Positions 1 through 13,790 of a DNA stretch of 64,000 bases are shown in pieces. Source of the DNA: Squalus acanthias (Eukaryota). Position numbers and translations under genes: made by a program. Numbering within the stretch: position 1 is the stretch's first letter; each line of letters begins with the position of its first letter. The notes under the pieces are model-generated. The model did not search any database and was not told where the DNA came from. It worked only from the letters and a program-made list of their open reading frames with translations. Location: positions 24,678,001 to 24,742,000 of the forward strand of contig CM059433.1 of NCBI GenBank assembly GCA_030390025.1. The letters are read 5' to 3'.

Positions 1-80
1 GGAAAAACTCAGCAGGCCAGGCAGCATCCGTGGAGAGCGAAACAGAGTTAACGTTTCAGGTCGAAGACCCTTCGTCAGAA
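1..80 (-). mobile_element. Penelope-like element (PLE) terminal fragment, family B, with hammerhead motif; cut by window edge
   Basis: Minus strand reads CTGACGA-A-GGGTC-TTC-GACCT-GAAACGTT-AAC then ctctccacggatgctgcctggcctgctgag; same family as 17554-17691 and 25974-26164. Confidence 0.75.
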
Positions 81-1756
81 AGCTTCCCAATCCTTTTAAA
101 TCACATTATTCATACTATATGAACACACATGTTTTCATTTTATGTCTAAGCTGTTGGTTTTACTTTGTAAGGATGCTTCTTGAAGCCCTTTTCAGTTCTG
201 TTATGAACTGGAGTTGCTGAGACAATAATGTATTGGAGGTGTGTGTGGGTGTAGTTTGCTTGTTGGGGAATGCAGTGGATGCTCAATATGCCTCCTTTCC
301 GTTCGGAAGGTGGAAAACATTTCTCAATTAGCAGCTTGAAATGTTTAGTCTCTTTTTTTCTTACCCCCACGCTCCCCCAAGATTGCTGTGCAATTAAATC
401 TTTTGTAAATTGTGATGTACATTTGGCAGTCTTGTCATCTGTTAACGTACCAGTGTTGCTTTGACGTTTAGTGTAATCAAGTTTGGTGGGAGATGCTATT
501 GTTAAACAACTTGCTTCAACTTCGAAAGGACAAATATCGTCTTAATACAAGAATCGTCAAGAGCCTTTCAGTTTCTGTCCATCGTGCCATTACAGGTGGA
601 GGTCAAACTCCCGGAGACTGTGTCTGACTGAGAGTTTACCAGAACAAACTTAGCGAACAGCTAACACTTTCAAACAGTTAATGTAGTGCACATTACTGAT
701 TGTGCCGTATGGTGTCTATCATATGTGCTTGTTTCCTGGGATCATTTTATTTATAAATTTATCTGGACAGAAGTTTGTCCTGTACAAAAGCCTTTTGAAT
801 TGACTGCAATGCAGTACACATTCTTCAGTGAGCAATTTACCATGATTGAGGTTAATTGTTAGATTTGGTGTACATTAACTCAGTATAACAGATACTTAAA
901 GCTGTTTATAAGAGCTTACAGAATGGTCCCGTTGTTAACCTGAGGAAAAGGTATTTGGAAAATGCTTGAACTGTAACAATAGGTTCACGGCAGAAATTTC
1001 TCGGAGGCAGTAAGAATGCTTAGTGAGAGGAAAATCCATCCTTGTATTGAGAGGAGTCACTGAGTCTTGGGTTAATGTAATGTACATTATTAGAGCGTAG
1101 TTGAAGGAGCTTTGTTCTGCATGTAGTTTGTGCTACATCTGATGTCGGTGTGCTTCACTTACCACTGGATGTTGGAAGCTGAAAATGTGCCAAGGAAACC
1201 CCTTAGAACTTGGGCGTGCTGAAGAAATAGGTTTGTGGAATGCCGTTAATTATTTTGGGAAAGTAAACAACTTCTCATAGTATTAGCAAATGTACGTGTG
1301 ATAGCTACCAACTCCCACCATCATTGAAAATAGTGCTGATGAAATCCCCACTGATAAATGTACAAGCTTACAAGTGGTAGTTATTAGCATTGGGTGTTTT
1401 GTAAATGTTTTGCATTAGGTTATTATACTTGCAAAAGAGTTGCAATGTAGTCATTTTGGAAAATATTGTACCTTGCAGGACCATAATGGGATATGTGTAA
1501 TTTGTGTGTGCTGGTTGAGCTGGCAATATACTGTAAACCTGTGAGTGCTGCCATAAAGATGGCCCATGTGAAAAATGAGGTGGGTTCCCCTTGCTAACTG
1601 GAAGCTGGAGTAGCTGTTGTCTAGAAGTAACCATTCATACAGTCCAAAACCCAACAACTGTAAACTGTTTGGGGATTTGAAAGTTTGTCTGTTAGAGGAA
1701 ACAAAAACATGCATTTATTTGGTTAGAGTTTGTTTTCCTTTTAGAATTGTCCATAA

Positions 1757-1903
<147 letters not shown>

Positions 1904-2199
1904 TAGGAGTGAGCTTTTTTAAATAATTTTGTGCCATTGTCAACATTCTCTTAACAGTTTGATTGAGGTGGTCCTTCAATCTTTAATTTTAGCTCTTTTC
2001 CTGCTTTCTCGTCTTCATTCCATCCGTTTCTCCATCGTTAGTTTACATTTCTCGAGTTTCTGCTTTTTCATCTGTACTTTTTTGCAATTTTTTAAGCAAT
2101 GCTATTCAGTTACTGTAAAGTCGTAAAACTATGTTTACTTTCCTGTTTAACGTGCTTTTACTATCACTTTGCATTGGGAAAACACAAGCTGACTTCCAG

Positions 2200-2970
2200 A
2201 GTTGAGTTGAGGTGAGAGTGACTGCCTTTGACATCAAGGCAGTATTTGACTGACTCTGGCACCAAGGAGCCCTTGTAAAACTGAATCAATGGTGATCGGG
2301 GAAAACTCTCCAGTGGCTAGTGTCTTACCTGGCACAAAGGAAGATGGTTGTGGTTGTTTGACGTAAATCATCTCAGCCCCAGGACATTGCTGCAGGAGTT
2401 CTTCAGGGATGTATCCTTGGCCCAACCATCTTCAGCTGCTTCATCAATGACCTTCCCTCTATCATAAGGTCAGAAGTGGGACTGCTTGCTGCTGATTGCC
2501 CAGTGTTCGTGTCCTGGTCTTGCTGCATGTGGACAACATCCAGCTTGGGCTAATAAGTGGCAAATAACATTCGCGCCACACAAGTGCCAGGCAATGACCA
2601 TCTTCAACAAGAGAGAGTCTAACTACCTCCTCTTGACATTCAATGGCATTGCCATCGCCAAGTCCCCTACCATAAACATCCTGCAGGTCGCCATTGACGA
2701 GAAAGTCAACTGGACCAGCCCCACACACGGCATGGCTATCGCCATCCCCTCCTAAGTCGCACACCATCTCAACTTGGACATATATCCTTCATTGTCGCTG
2801 GGTGAAAATCCTGGAAATTCATACCTAACAGCATTGTGGGAGTGCTTTCAGCCCTAGCGGTTTAAGAAGAAGACTAACCCCCACCTTTTCGAGGGCAACT
2901 AGGGGATGGACAATAAATACCGGCTTTGCCAGTGATGCCCGCATCCTGAAACTGAATATTTAAAAAAAAC
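2200..2970 (+). mobile_element. Jockey-group (CR1/Daphne-like) non-LTR retrotransposon, 3' fragment with internal deletions
   Basis: Degenerate RT motifs (AFDIKAVF..., GPTIFSCFINDLP, WANKWQITFAPHKCQAMTI); 3' end matches 57040-57565; A-rich tail. Confidence 0.8.
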
Positions 2971-4122
2971 TGTTCAGTTTTCATCATGGTTTTTTTTTTT
3001 AAGTAGGATCATAAAATGCAGATTGCAGGTTGACTGTGCTAAGAAATGTTCTGATTTTGTATTCTAGTTTAGTGTAAAAAAAAAGATTATTTCTTATCCA
3101 TCATGTGGTAGATGCTGTACAGTGCTTCCCTGTAGTGCTCTGGCAGCGAGCCTGAACTTTGGCCTCAAGGAGCACAGCCCATCATTATACTAATGTAACA
3201 ACTTTTTAAGTTTGCAGAGTTTGAGCTGTTTTTGTGCTGTGGGCGCATTGTCCATTGGGAGTTGGGTTACCGAGAGAGCAGCTATAGTGAGTGTACGGCA
3301 GTACAGGGGAGGGATTTTGTTGGAAGTGTGTGGGTGCAGGGAGTCGCCTTTTTCACTTTGCTGTCTCTCTTTGTCGTGTTTCTTTTTGAAGAGTTGCCAG
3401 TGTTTGAATCAAAAGTAGAAAAACAAATGAAGCAAGATAACCACTGAATTATTCACAGGGCTGCTGGTTGGAATGGAATGGTGGTCTAAGAGAGTTCTTT
3501 GTTTCTGGATTGCTGTAAAGTGTCCCTTTCTCCAGTTTAATAGGTTATTTCTGGGATTGTCTGTCTACGCTCGTGTTATAGTGGGTGATGGCCGGGGCGG
3601 GGTGGGGTTTGCGGGGAGGGTGGTTGCAGTGTAAAGCAGAGGAGGAGAGGTCAGCAGCAAACCCGTGCTCGGAGGCTGTGACCCGAGGTGCTCCAGCTGG
3701 TAGTATGTCTGAGCCTGAAAGACAGTTGTTCTCTTGACGATTTGCAGAGAGCTCCTTGGTGATGCTCAGTTCCTCTGGTGGATTTAGGAAGGACTGCAGC
3801 TGAAGTGGAGCTCTGACTAAAAATACCCAACCTCATCGACACTGATCTGAACAGAGCAGTGGTAAAACATCACCAGTCTTCCAGAGACAGGAAGCCACAG
3901 GTAGTAACACAAAGCGGGAAAATGCTGGTCCTCTTCAACAATCTGTTGGGTTGTTCTCGAAGGAGGAGTTGGAGCTGAGGCCGGTGAGAAAAGCCAATTT
4001 TTGTAAATGTGCTTTTTCACTGTTGTGAAGTTTTTTTGATTTGGTAGTTGCTGAAGGTCTTAATGGGAAGCGGGAGAGTTAAAGAACCAGGATGTTGGAT
4101 GTGAATATCTTTATTGATGATG

Positions 4123-4334
4123 ATGCGGAGATGCCGGTGTTGGACTGGGGTGGACAAATGTGAGAAGTCGCACAACACCAGGTTATAGTCCAACAGCTTT
4201 ATTTGAAATCACAAGCTGTCGGAGCGCTGCTCCTTCGTCAAGTGACTTCACCTGAGGAAGGAGCAGCGCTCCGACAGCTTGTGATTTCAAATAAAGCTGT
4301 TGGACTATAACCTGGTGTTGTGCGACTTCTCACA
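4123..4334 (-). mobile_element. Short PLE-derived hairpin insertion (family A): ~90-bp inverted arms plus ~35-nt tail, 13-bp TSD
   Basis: Arms 4156-4245 and 4248-4337 are reverse complements with 2 mismatches near the centre; tttattgatgatg repeated at 4110-4122 and 4335-4347; near-identical copy at 58393-58601 in the opposite orientation. Confidence 0.85.
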
Positions 4335-5019
4335 TTTATTGATGATGCCTTAGGACAATTCACTACCCACATAAGTTGGTGCCCTCCAAATTAATTCATT
4401 ATATGGAAGTGTTTTGACTCCTTTCCGTGTGATCTAGCACTGTGTAATAACAAGTACCTTTACCCTTGGAGTTGGTGACTTCCTTCAGCTTTGGACCAGT
4501 TTTGAAGACAGAATACCAATGTTGAAGGGATTGTTGTCTTTAAACCACTGCTGTAATTCATATTAGATTTAGGTGACTGCTGCGGAGGGTCTTTTTAAAA
4601 AACAAAAAATTCTTTGTGTGAAAGATCTATTGTGCAGTAACAAAAAGATTTTGAACTTCTTTGGATCTGATTAGCTTGAAGGTTTTTTTGCTTCCACTAC
4701 CCTACCTGGAAAACAAATATTGGTCACTGCGTGGAGAAGTGCTTCCTGACATCCTAGCCGGCACAGGCTCAACTGGCCGAATGGCCTCCTTCTGTGTCGT
4801 AACCATTCTATGATTCTGTCCTAAATCAACCAGTTTTAGCTGTAGCCCCTTGCTCTACTATTCTAACTTGCACTGAAGTCATGCTCTGACTTTTCTCTAT
4901 CTGTACCATTATCGATGTTATCTAGGATATTAATGTCCCCTTTAAGTTGCCTCCTTTCAAGGTTAAAGCGTCCCAGTTTCTCTAGTCTTTCCTCATCTCA
5001 ATTCTCTGATGCTTAGCGA

Positions 5020-5882
5020 TCATAAGAACATAACATATGAAATAGGAGCAAGAGTAGGCCATACGGCCCTTCGAGCCTGCTCCGCCATTCAATAAAATCA
5101 TGGCTGATCTTCGACCTCAACTCCACTTTCTCGCCCGATCCCCATATCCCATGATTCCCCTAGAGTCCAAAAATCTATCTATCTATCTCAGCCACTCAAT
5201 GACTGAGCATCCACAGCCCTCTGGGGTAGAGAATTCCAAAGATTCACAACCCTCTGAGGGAAGAAAAATATCTCCTCATCTCAGTCCTAAATGGCTGATC
5301 CCTTATCCTGAGACGATACCCACTAGTTCTAGACTCTGCAGCCAGGGGAAACAATCTCTCTGCATCTATCCTGTCAATCCCCCTCAGAATCTTATGTTTC
5401 AATGAGATCACTTTTCATTCTTCTAAACTCCAGAGAGTATAGGGCCATTCTACTCACTTTCTCCTCATAGGACAACCCTCTCATGCTAGGAATCAATCTA
5501 GTGAATCTTTAAGGCAAGTATATCCTTATGTGTGGTCTCCCCAAACCCCTGCGCAATTGCAGTAAGACTTCCTTACTCTTGTACTCCAACCTCCTTGCAG
5601 TAGAGGCCAACATACCATTTGCCTTCCTAATTGCTTGCTGTACCTGCATGTTAACTTTCTGTGATTAGTGTACACGGACACCCAAATCCCTCTGAACACA
5701 AACATTTAATAGTTTCCCACCATTTAATAAAGTTCTGTTTTTCTATTCTTCTACCACATTTTCCCACCTTATACTCCATCTTCTTGGCCACTCACTTAAC
5801 CTGTCTATATCCCTTTGCAGACTCTGTGTCCTCCTCACAGCTTACTTTCCCCCTAACTTTGCATCATCAGCAAACTTGGGTC
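5020..5882 (-). mobile_element. CR1 LINE 3' fragment
   Basis: Starts with the cataagaacataa tail and aggagtaggcc...gagcctgctccgccattcaat 3' UTR shared with the 22296 and 36938 copies; degenerate ORF2 C-terminus. Confidence 0.85.
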
Positions 5883-7279
5883 AGCTTTATGACTGTTCAA
5901 TTCACTATGGCCTACTTGTTTCCCTGAATGATTAGCTTTGTTGAACGCTGAATACCATCATTGGCTAGTTACACATCATCTGTAGTGTAATTGTGAAACC
6001 AATCTTTCTACCAATTTGTTCTTTTCCGTATTCAATTTCATCTGTGACTTTGTTTGTATCATCTGTGAATATAATCAACTTGGATTGATTTTCACCAGAG
6101 TTAGTGACTCAAGCAAAAACCATGTCAACATTTAAGAATAGATTAGCTCGGTAGTTGAAGGAAAGGGGGATAAAGGGATATGGTAACTGGGCAGTCACAT
6201 GCGATTAGGACTATTGTTAGTGTGGAAGATAAACATCAACACGGACTGATTGGGCCAAATAGTCTGTTTCTGTGTCATAGCTTCTATGCAATTCTGAGTT
6301 TAAATTAATGTAGGATCCAAGCACTGATCCCTAAGGCATTCCACTCTACCCACCCCCCACCATGTCCCTCTCCACTCACCACCACTCTTCTGATGAGTAC
6401 CTGCTATTGCCTTGAATTTCATTCAGCCTATTTCTCATCCACTTCTAAGTTTTGCTTAAGCTTCCCACTGCTTTCAGTTTCATTTCATGAGGAACTTTAT
6501 AGGCTTTTTGGAAAGTTAGGTGCAATCTCTCATTGGTTTTCTACAGCTGGGTTGTCAAAAAAAGTAGAGAAATTTGGTCAGGTAGCATTTACCATCATCG
6601 TTATCATCATATCTCATCATCTTCAAGATACTTCCTTTTGAGAGTAAATATTTTAGTCAAGTATTAACCAACTTTAGATAATTTATTACATTGCATGTTT
6701 CACTAATGATCAGTGAAATCCTTCCATATCTGATTTCTTGACTCAGATTGACCATGTTGGCTGATAGCGTCTGTAAAAGTAAATATTAGGAGAATATAAT
6801 TAAACAGTATCATGTTACGTGGCAGGCATCTGGAAGGGAGAGCACTTAATGTGACTTTAAATTAAACTTTGTAGTACAAGATTGTATTGTAATGAATGGC
6901 CAGAGACTCCCTTATGAAATGTATGTCTCGGTTCAAGTTGCAGCATGTGGATCTCCTAATGCTTGGCGTATCAGATGCCAAATCTACAACTTTAAGGTAA
7001 AAATTTGTGATCTAAGTTGAACCTTAATGTAAGGCAGCTGGTTAACTGTTTGATTTATTTTGAGTTCTCAAGTTGAGGTCTCATTACTTCTGAAGTTAGC
7101 ATGACAGTACAATTTATTATAATGTGATTCCTCTGCCAATGATCATATGGATATATATTGTCACTATTCTCTACCCAGAGAAGGGATGGATGGAGGCACG
7201 ATACCTGCCAGCTTGAGGAACTTAATTCTTTCATTCATTATAATGCACTTTTAAAATAGTTCATTGCTAAAAGTCACCT

Positions 7280-7607
7280 CTGTCTGACTGGATGCCCAGT
7301 TTTGAGCTGCTGGATCTATTCTGAATCTATCCCAGTTAGCACGGTGATAGTGCCGCACAACATGATGATGAGTGTCCTCCAGTATGAAGACAGGACTTCG
7401 TCTCCACAGGATTATGCGGTGGTCACTCCTGCCAATACTGTCATGGCCAGATGCATCTGCGACAGGTAGATTGGTGAGGACAAGGTCAAGTAGGTTTTTC
7501 TCTCGTGTTGGTTCTCTCACCACCTGTCGCAGGCCCAGTCTTGGCAGCTATGTCCTTCAGGACTCGGCCAGTAGTGGTGCTTCTGAGCCACTCTTGGTAA
7601 TGGACAT
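7280..7607 (-). mobile_element. Non-LTR retrotransposon APE endonuclease fragment
   Basis: ORF VREPTREKNLLDLVLTN...IGRSDH carries the PTR/LDL/SDH endonuclease motifs. Confidence 0.8.
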
Positions 7608-7610
7608 TTA

Positions 7611-7937
7611 TGGGTACGGTAGCATAGTGGTTATGTTACTGAACTAGTACTCCAGAGGCCTGGACGAATGATCCGGAGAATGAGTTCAGATCCCACCATG
7701 GCAGCTGGGAAATTTAAATTCAGTAAATTAAATAAATCTGAAATAAAAAGCTAGTATCAGTAATGGTGACCATGAAACTATCAGATTGTCGTAAAAACCA
7801 ATCTGGCTCACTAATGTCCTTTTCGGAAAGGAAATCTGCCGTCCTTGCCCGGTCTGGCCTATATGTGACTCCAGACCCACAGCCATGTGGTTGACTCTTA
7901 ACTGCCCTCGGAAATGGCCGAGCAAGCCACTCAGTTG
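7611..7937 (+). mobile_element. tRNA-derived SINE, 3'-truncated
   Basis: A-box-like tagcatagtgg and B-box-like gagttcagatcc head; body resembles a common shark SINE (from recall). Confidence 0.6.
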
Positions 7938-8029
7938 AGAATTTAAAAAAAATCTAGAACACGTTTCATTTTTATTCACCAATATCCCACACTTGAATGA
8001 GCACAAAATGTATTAGTTGTACTACGGAC

Positions 8030-9110
8030 ATTGATGTACATACAATTTAATACCGCCTTCGTCACTTTTGCTATTTTCCTCAATCTGGTCTCTGCAATTT
8101 TTGGGATATTTCTAATTTTCCTGCAGTTTATATCTCTCTGTCCTCTGATCTTATTTCTGCTATGCTCAGATTCCCTTTCCCCAACCAAATTAGTTTAAAC
8201 CCTCACTAACAGTACTAGTTAACCTCTCAGCGAGAACATTGGTCTCGGCTTTGTTTAGGTGCAACCCGTCCATCCTGTACAGGTGCCCCTTCCCCCAGAA
8301 CTGGTCCCAATGCCCCAGGAATCTGAAACCCTCCCTCCTGCACCACTTCTACAGCCACGCATTTACCTGCACTATTTTGCTGTTTCTGTACTCACTAACA
8401 CGTGGCACTGGGAGTAATCCTGAAATTACTACCTTTGAATTCCTGTTTTTTAATCTTTTTCCTTGCTCCTGAAACTCTGCCTGAAGGACCTCAACACCAT
8501 TTCTACCTATGTCATTGGTTCCCCTTCCCCTCGGAGAATGTATTTTACCCGCTCGGTGATATCCTTTACCCTGGCACCAGGGAGGCAACATACCATTCAG
8601 GAATCACGTTTGCGGTTACAGAAATGCCTGTCCATGCCCTTAACTATTGAATCCCTTATGACTACTGCATTTCTACTTTTTTTCCCCCCCCATGTGTGCA
8701 GTCAAATCTCTCGTGGTGCCGGGGGTTTGGTTCTTAGTACATTCCTCCAAGGAGTCGTCACCTCCCAGGTATTCAAAACTGAAAACTGGTTAGCGAGAGT
8801 CAGTGGCTTGGGGAATTCTTGCACTACCTGTGTCTTCCTCCTACTCTGTCTGGTGGTCATCCATTCCCTCACCTCCTGCACCTTCTGTAGCTGTGGGGTG
8901 ACCACCTCCTGGAACGTACGTTCGAAGAAACTCTCAGGCTCCCGGATGCACTGCAGTGATTCCAGCCGCTCCTCAAGCTCCGAAACTCTGAGCTCGAGCA
9001 ACTAGCGGCACTTCCTTCACACGTGGTTATCCAGGATGCACGAAGTGTCTTGGAGTTTCCACATAGAACAGGATGCGCGTGCAACGGGTCCCTGCTGGCC
9101 TGCCATGGTA
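8030..9110 (-). mobile_element. CR1 LINE 5' portion: ORF1 (coiled coil plus SGNH esterase-like domain) and start of ORF2, decayed
   Basis: LELRVSELEERLESLQCIRE...FERTFQEVVTP; KVVISGLLPVPR...VNAWL; LNCMYINVRS at the start of the endonuclease. Confidence 0.85.
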
Positions 9111-9471
9111 GTCAATCCACTGACCTCTAAATCCTAAGACCCTGACCACTAAAGCGCTTGGCATTGAACTCTTTAAAAAATCTAAGAAACTGACGTCTAA
9201 GACACTGACCTATAAAACTCTCCGAAGTTGACCTCTGAAAGACTTGGATACTAAAATAGTAAAAATTTAAATTAAGGCATTGGAAATTGTATCTATACAT
9301 CTAAAACACAATTGGAAACTACCATCAAGTGAAATTCAAAGGTCAAAAATGAACAATTTAATGAAACAAACTAACCTGTTACCCACCAATCCTTTTCCTA
9401 CGAGGCGGTGACATAATTTTGAATTTCTTTTTCAGTTTTCCGCATTCAACTCGCGCACTGACTCTGATTTT

Positions 9472-9474
<3 letters not shown>

Positions 9475-9510
<36 letters not shown>
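9475..9510. repeat. (CT)18 microsatellite
   Basis: Uninterrupted ctct run. Confidence 0.95.
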
Positions 9511-9515
<5 letters not shown>

Positions 9516-9539
9516 CTCGGGCTCGCTCTCTCCGCTCTC

Positions 9540-9882
9540 ACTGATGTTGAGGAATATCAGTGCTAGAGAACAGCTTATTTCAATGTCGGCATCAACTACT
9601 CTCTGGTACAGCACGGGTGGATGCAAAGCAAAGTTCCCTTCACTCTGCCTCAACAATGTGCTTCAATGGTAACTTAAAAAACCCCCCACATTTTCCATAT
9701 CGACCATCTTCAGGTCTGACTGAGTGACATCGCCAATTATTGGCAGAGCATACAAGAAACTGAAATGAGATAGCCAAACTCATTTCACACAAAACCTCAT
9801 CCAACAGACAGAGGAGACTTTCATCCCATAACCCAGGTCCTAGAGTCGTAGGGCTGGTGTCTAACCCACTGCACCACCCATA
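9540..9882 (-). mobile_element. Old LF-SINE-like element
   Basis: Reverse complement resembles 24781-25230 (tRNA-like head, tgtgaaatgagtttgg, gggaactttgctttgcat). Confidence 0.45.
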
Positions 9883-11814
9883 GTTCAAACAATATTTAAA
9901 ATAAGTATAACTTAATCCGTGCTTGATATGTTAAAGGAATGGTGGTGATGAAACTCACTCTGAGTCCTCCTTCTGTGGTTTAAAGGTACGCAGTTTTTAA
10001 AAGGTGGTCTTTGAAGCGACTAAAATTCAAATACTTGAAGTTGTGTAGCTTAGTTACTGTGCAGTATATCTAAAAGCACCATTGCTTTTAAAAAATAAAA
10101 TACAGCCACAATCTGGCAGCAACATGCTGAATTCAGGAGATCATTGTGTTTTATGTCGCAATCAATCTGTTAATTCTGTATTACATTTGCCTAGAATAAA
10201 TACCCCAAATTAACACTTTGCTCTCAGTTGCATTCTGTTGAAATTACAATACAGCCTTACAGAAAAGGCTCCGTAAAATCATTTCCACCAGGGATCTGTT
10301 TGGGGGAAAAATACTGCCAAAATTCTCAAACTATCCTCTGTCCCCTACAGTAAAGGATCATTTTTCCTCCACCACCCCCCTTTTGAACAGAGCCAGGGTA
10401 ATGCAGTCTGAACAGTAATTATAGTTGGAACTTTGTACTGTTTTGTGTGGTAATCCTTCAGGCTAATGTATTGTATAACAGAAGGTCTCTTCATATGATG
10501 TGCAGCAGCTTTTACCTTTGGAAAGTGAAGTAATTATTCTCTCATGTAAAGACAGAGTGCAGATCAAAACTGAAACTGAACTGTTTGAAGACCAAATATG
10601 CATAAAGACTTAATGTGTGTGTGGACTAAAGTCTGTTAATCCACAGCAGCAGCCAATAAGCTTTTATATCTTGGAGTTGGGGAGGAGTGGAGCAGAAGCC
10701 ACTGCTTCAGAAGACTGTTTCCCTTTTCCAAAAAAAAACACTTGCATGGTGTCTTGCAACTTCCACTTTTTCACTCCAAGTAGGGCTTATGAGTTTTAGC
10801 TATCGTGGCACCTATTTAGTGTCCAGCAGTAAGTCAGTGTTGCTCTATACATGCATCTCAAGGGTGCCTCATAATAAGTGATCTGTATATTGCATGAATA
10901 AATCCCTTATCTGAAACTCTTTTGAATGTTAAGATTTGATTTCTTCATAACTGTTTTCCTGGTTTAAAAAAAAGTATGCTAAAAGAAAACTTGTGGAAAT
11001 AAAATGTTAAATGGTTTGAAAATCCATATTCACCAAAGTGTAGCATTAACTGTTCATTAGGACTCCATTGATGGCTACTGGGCTGCTTTAACTATATCAT
11101 TTTAAAATCTCACTGTTATATTAAATTGAAACTTTGATTTATGGAAACAACACCCAGACCTTAGTTGGACCAAATTATCTCTTTCTCGATCTTTTTTGTG
11201 TTTCTTTTTTCTATTAACAGTTGAAATGGCTCATTACATATTGTGCCACTCTTTCCCCATCTCCCACAGATTATAATACTTTAACTGAGTTAAGATGTTG
11301 TTTGCTACTGCTGTGAATCAGCTGAGTTTGATGAACACAAAATCATGGATCGGCTTAAACATTTTGTACTAGCGTCAATAGATTGTTATCAAATCATTAT
11401 TACAGATGTTCTTTTTTGAATGCTAATCTTCCAGGTTCTAGAGCTATACAGTATTGAACATCATGTGCAGAGACCTCTTGTTACATAAATCAATAAACTA
11501 ATGATTTTCACCCATGGCTAATCTAGGGCAGTATAATCACAGACTTGCTTCGAATTAGTTTCTTGCATTTTGGGAGTGGAAAAGGGAAGTTATCAAGTTC
11601 TCCTCGTTCTGTGGAAATGTTTATTTCAAATATATGCTAGTTAATGGTGTGTACAAGAAGTAACCTGCAGCTGTTATGAATGGAAACCCTTTACTAAAAT
11701 TAGAGTTTGGTTGTATGAATTGTTGGGTACGTTAAATTTTCTTCAGGCACTACTAGGAAGTAGAGTTAAGGGGTTCTTGGATAGTCTTCTAAGTTAAAAT
11801 GATGGTTCACTTAT

Positions 11815-12262
11815 TGGGAAAATGGAACCAGGGATTGAGGGACTTCAGTTATGTGGAGAGACTAGAGAAGCTGGGTTTGTTCTCCTTTGAGCAGAGAAGG
11901 TTAAGGGGAGATTTAATAGAGGTTTTCAAAATTATGAGGGATTTGCTAGAGTAAATGGGAAGAAACTGTTTCCACTGGCAGGAGAGTTGGTCACTCGAGG
12001 ACACCGATTTAAGATAATTGGCAAAAAAGCCAGGGGGGGATGAGAATTTTTTTTTTAAGCAGCGAGTTACGATCTGGAATGCACTACCTGAAAGGGTGGT
12101 TGAAGCAGATTCAGTTGTAGCTTTCTAAAGGGAATTGGATAAATACTTGAAGGGAAACATTTGCAGGGCTATGGGGAAAGAGCAGGGGAGTGGGACTAAT
12201 TGCATAGCTGTTGCAAAGACACGATGGGCCAAGTGGCGTCATTCTGTGCTGTGAGATTTTTA
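11815..12262 (+). mobile_element. CR1 LINE 3' fragment
   Basis: Encodes SYVERLEKLGLFSFEQRRLRGDLIEVFKIM; 3' UTR ggggaaagagcaggggagtgggactaatt. Confidence 0.85.
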
Positions 12263-13639
12263 TGAACGTTCGATACCCTGGTAGATAATCTGTTGTCTGT
12301 AACTTGCATCGAAATGAATGCATTTCCTTTGTACTGTCGTGCCAGTTAGTAGTCTGTAATTTTTCACTGACGTTACTCCACTTTACCCACCTTTTCACTA
12401 TAACCTGCAGTCCATTTTCTTCTTGTGCACTCTTGCACGCTCTCATTGATTTATATTTCTGCTGTAGTGGCTGTCCGTTGTAATTTAGTCAAAACTATTA
12501 CCCGTTTGGATGAAGAAGTTCTGTGTAACTTCTCTTATTTTAACTCGCGGTCCCTTGTAATTTGAATCCCTCGCCATTGTGCACAATTTGCCTGGATCAA
12601 TATTTTAAATTCCCTTTTATAATCTTTTATGGCTTGTGTCTGCCTCCTCAAAGGTAGTAGTATCCTTTCTATAGTTAGGTGATCAAAATTGGACAGATTA
12701 TTTCACATGTGGGGGGGGGGGGTCTCACTAATACCTTGCACAGTAACAATGTGACCGCTTTCAGATTTGGACTGTACCCACGGCTGAATTTTATTTTTGC
12801 CGCTTTCTTTTGCCCAATGGTGATTTACCCCAAATGTTGCGTGAGTTTTCTTTCACCTGAAGGCCGAACCTTTTTTGAATCTGGTTATTTATTTTCTGAT
12901 AAGTTTCTTGACTGTGCAGAATTGGTGGAAGAGCAGTACAGACACCACTTAAAAGAAATAGCTCGATATTTGATTCTGCCAATTTGAACCTTTCCATTAC
13001 TGAAAGAGCTTTTCAGTTTTAATGTTCACAATCCTCTTTTAGTTTGGCATTTCTACACATTTTAACCAATATTATAAAGTACAAGATTTGAAATGTAGAG
13101 GGGTCTGGAACATTTTAAACTGTAATTGTTTTGGTATGAATGAATTGCAGTACGCTTTTTTTACCCCCTAGAAATGCTGCTGCAGGCCATAACAATATTT
13201 TCTCTCTTGGTTCGGGTTGCAGGAAAGGAGCTGCGGGTTGGGATATTGCCATGTTTGGGTTGTTTGGTGGCACTAAGAGAAAGAAACAATATCTTGACTG
13301 AAAGGTTATCGTTATCAAGCCATTATAAATCTGTTTTTACATCTTTCAAATGGAGCATTTCCCGAGAGACATGTTTTCATGCCTAAGCCTGTATGTCAAA
13401 TCTTTAGTATATAAACTAATCTATTTAACTGTATACTTCAGTTTACAGTATCCCCCACCATTTTATCAATTTTCTTTTCCCCCCCCTCACCTTGACCCTG
13501 CTCTCTACCAGCCTGCGCAGTGAATGTCAGCAGGACCATGTGGGATGCATCAAAGCCCAGACAGATTCTATCCTTGTCCAAAGATTAAACAAGCTTACTT
13601 CCAACAGGAGCAGCTGAAAAGTAATTGGGAGCAGGCTTA

Positions 13640-13790
13640 TTTTTGCCTTCGTAGCCTGGGGCTTCTGAGGCTAATGGCAGCACTCTTACTGTTACGCTGA
13701 CTGAGATCAACCAACCCAACAAAGACCAGGGTGGAACCTGGGATCTTTCCTGGTCTGTGTGGCTCCGCTACCACTGGATAGAATAGCTGC
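13640..13790 (-). mobile_element. Old tRNA-derived SINE fragment (same family as 30850-31025 and 34945-35290)
   Basis: Reverse complement has gagccacacagaccaggaaagatcccaggttc head, similar to the two other copies in the window. Confidence 0.4.

Noticed and set aside
3600..3900. Possible decayed CR1 ORF1 zinc-finger remnant
   Set aside because: Too degenerate to support by eye; needs a profile search.
8463..9005. 180-aa plus-strand ORF
   Set aside because: Antisense to CR1 ORF1; no recognisable domain.
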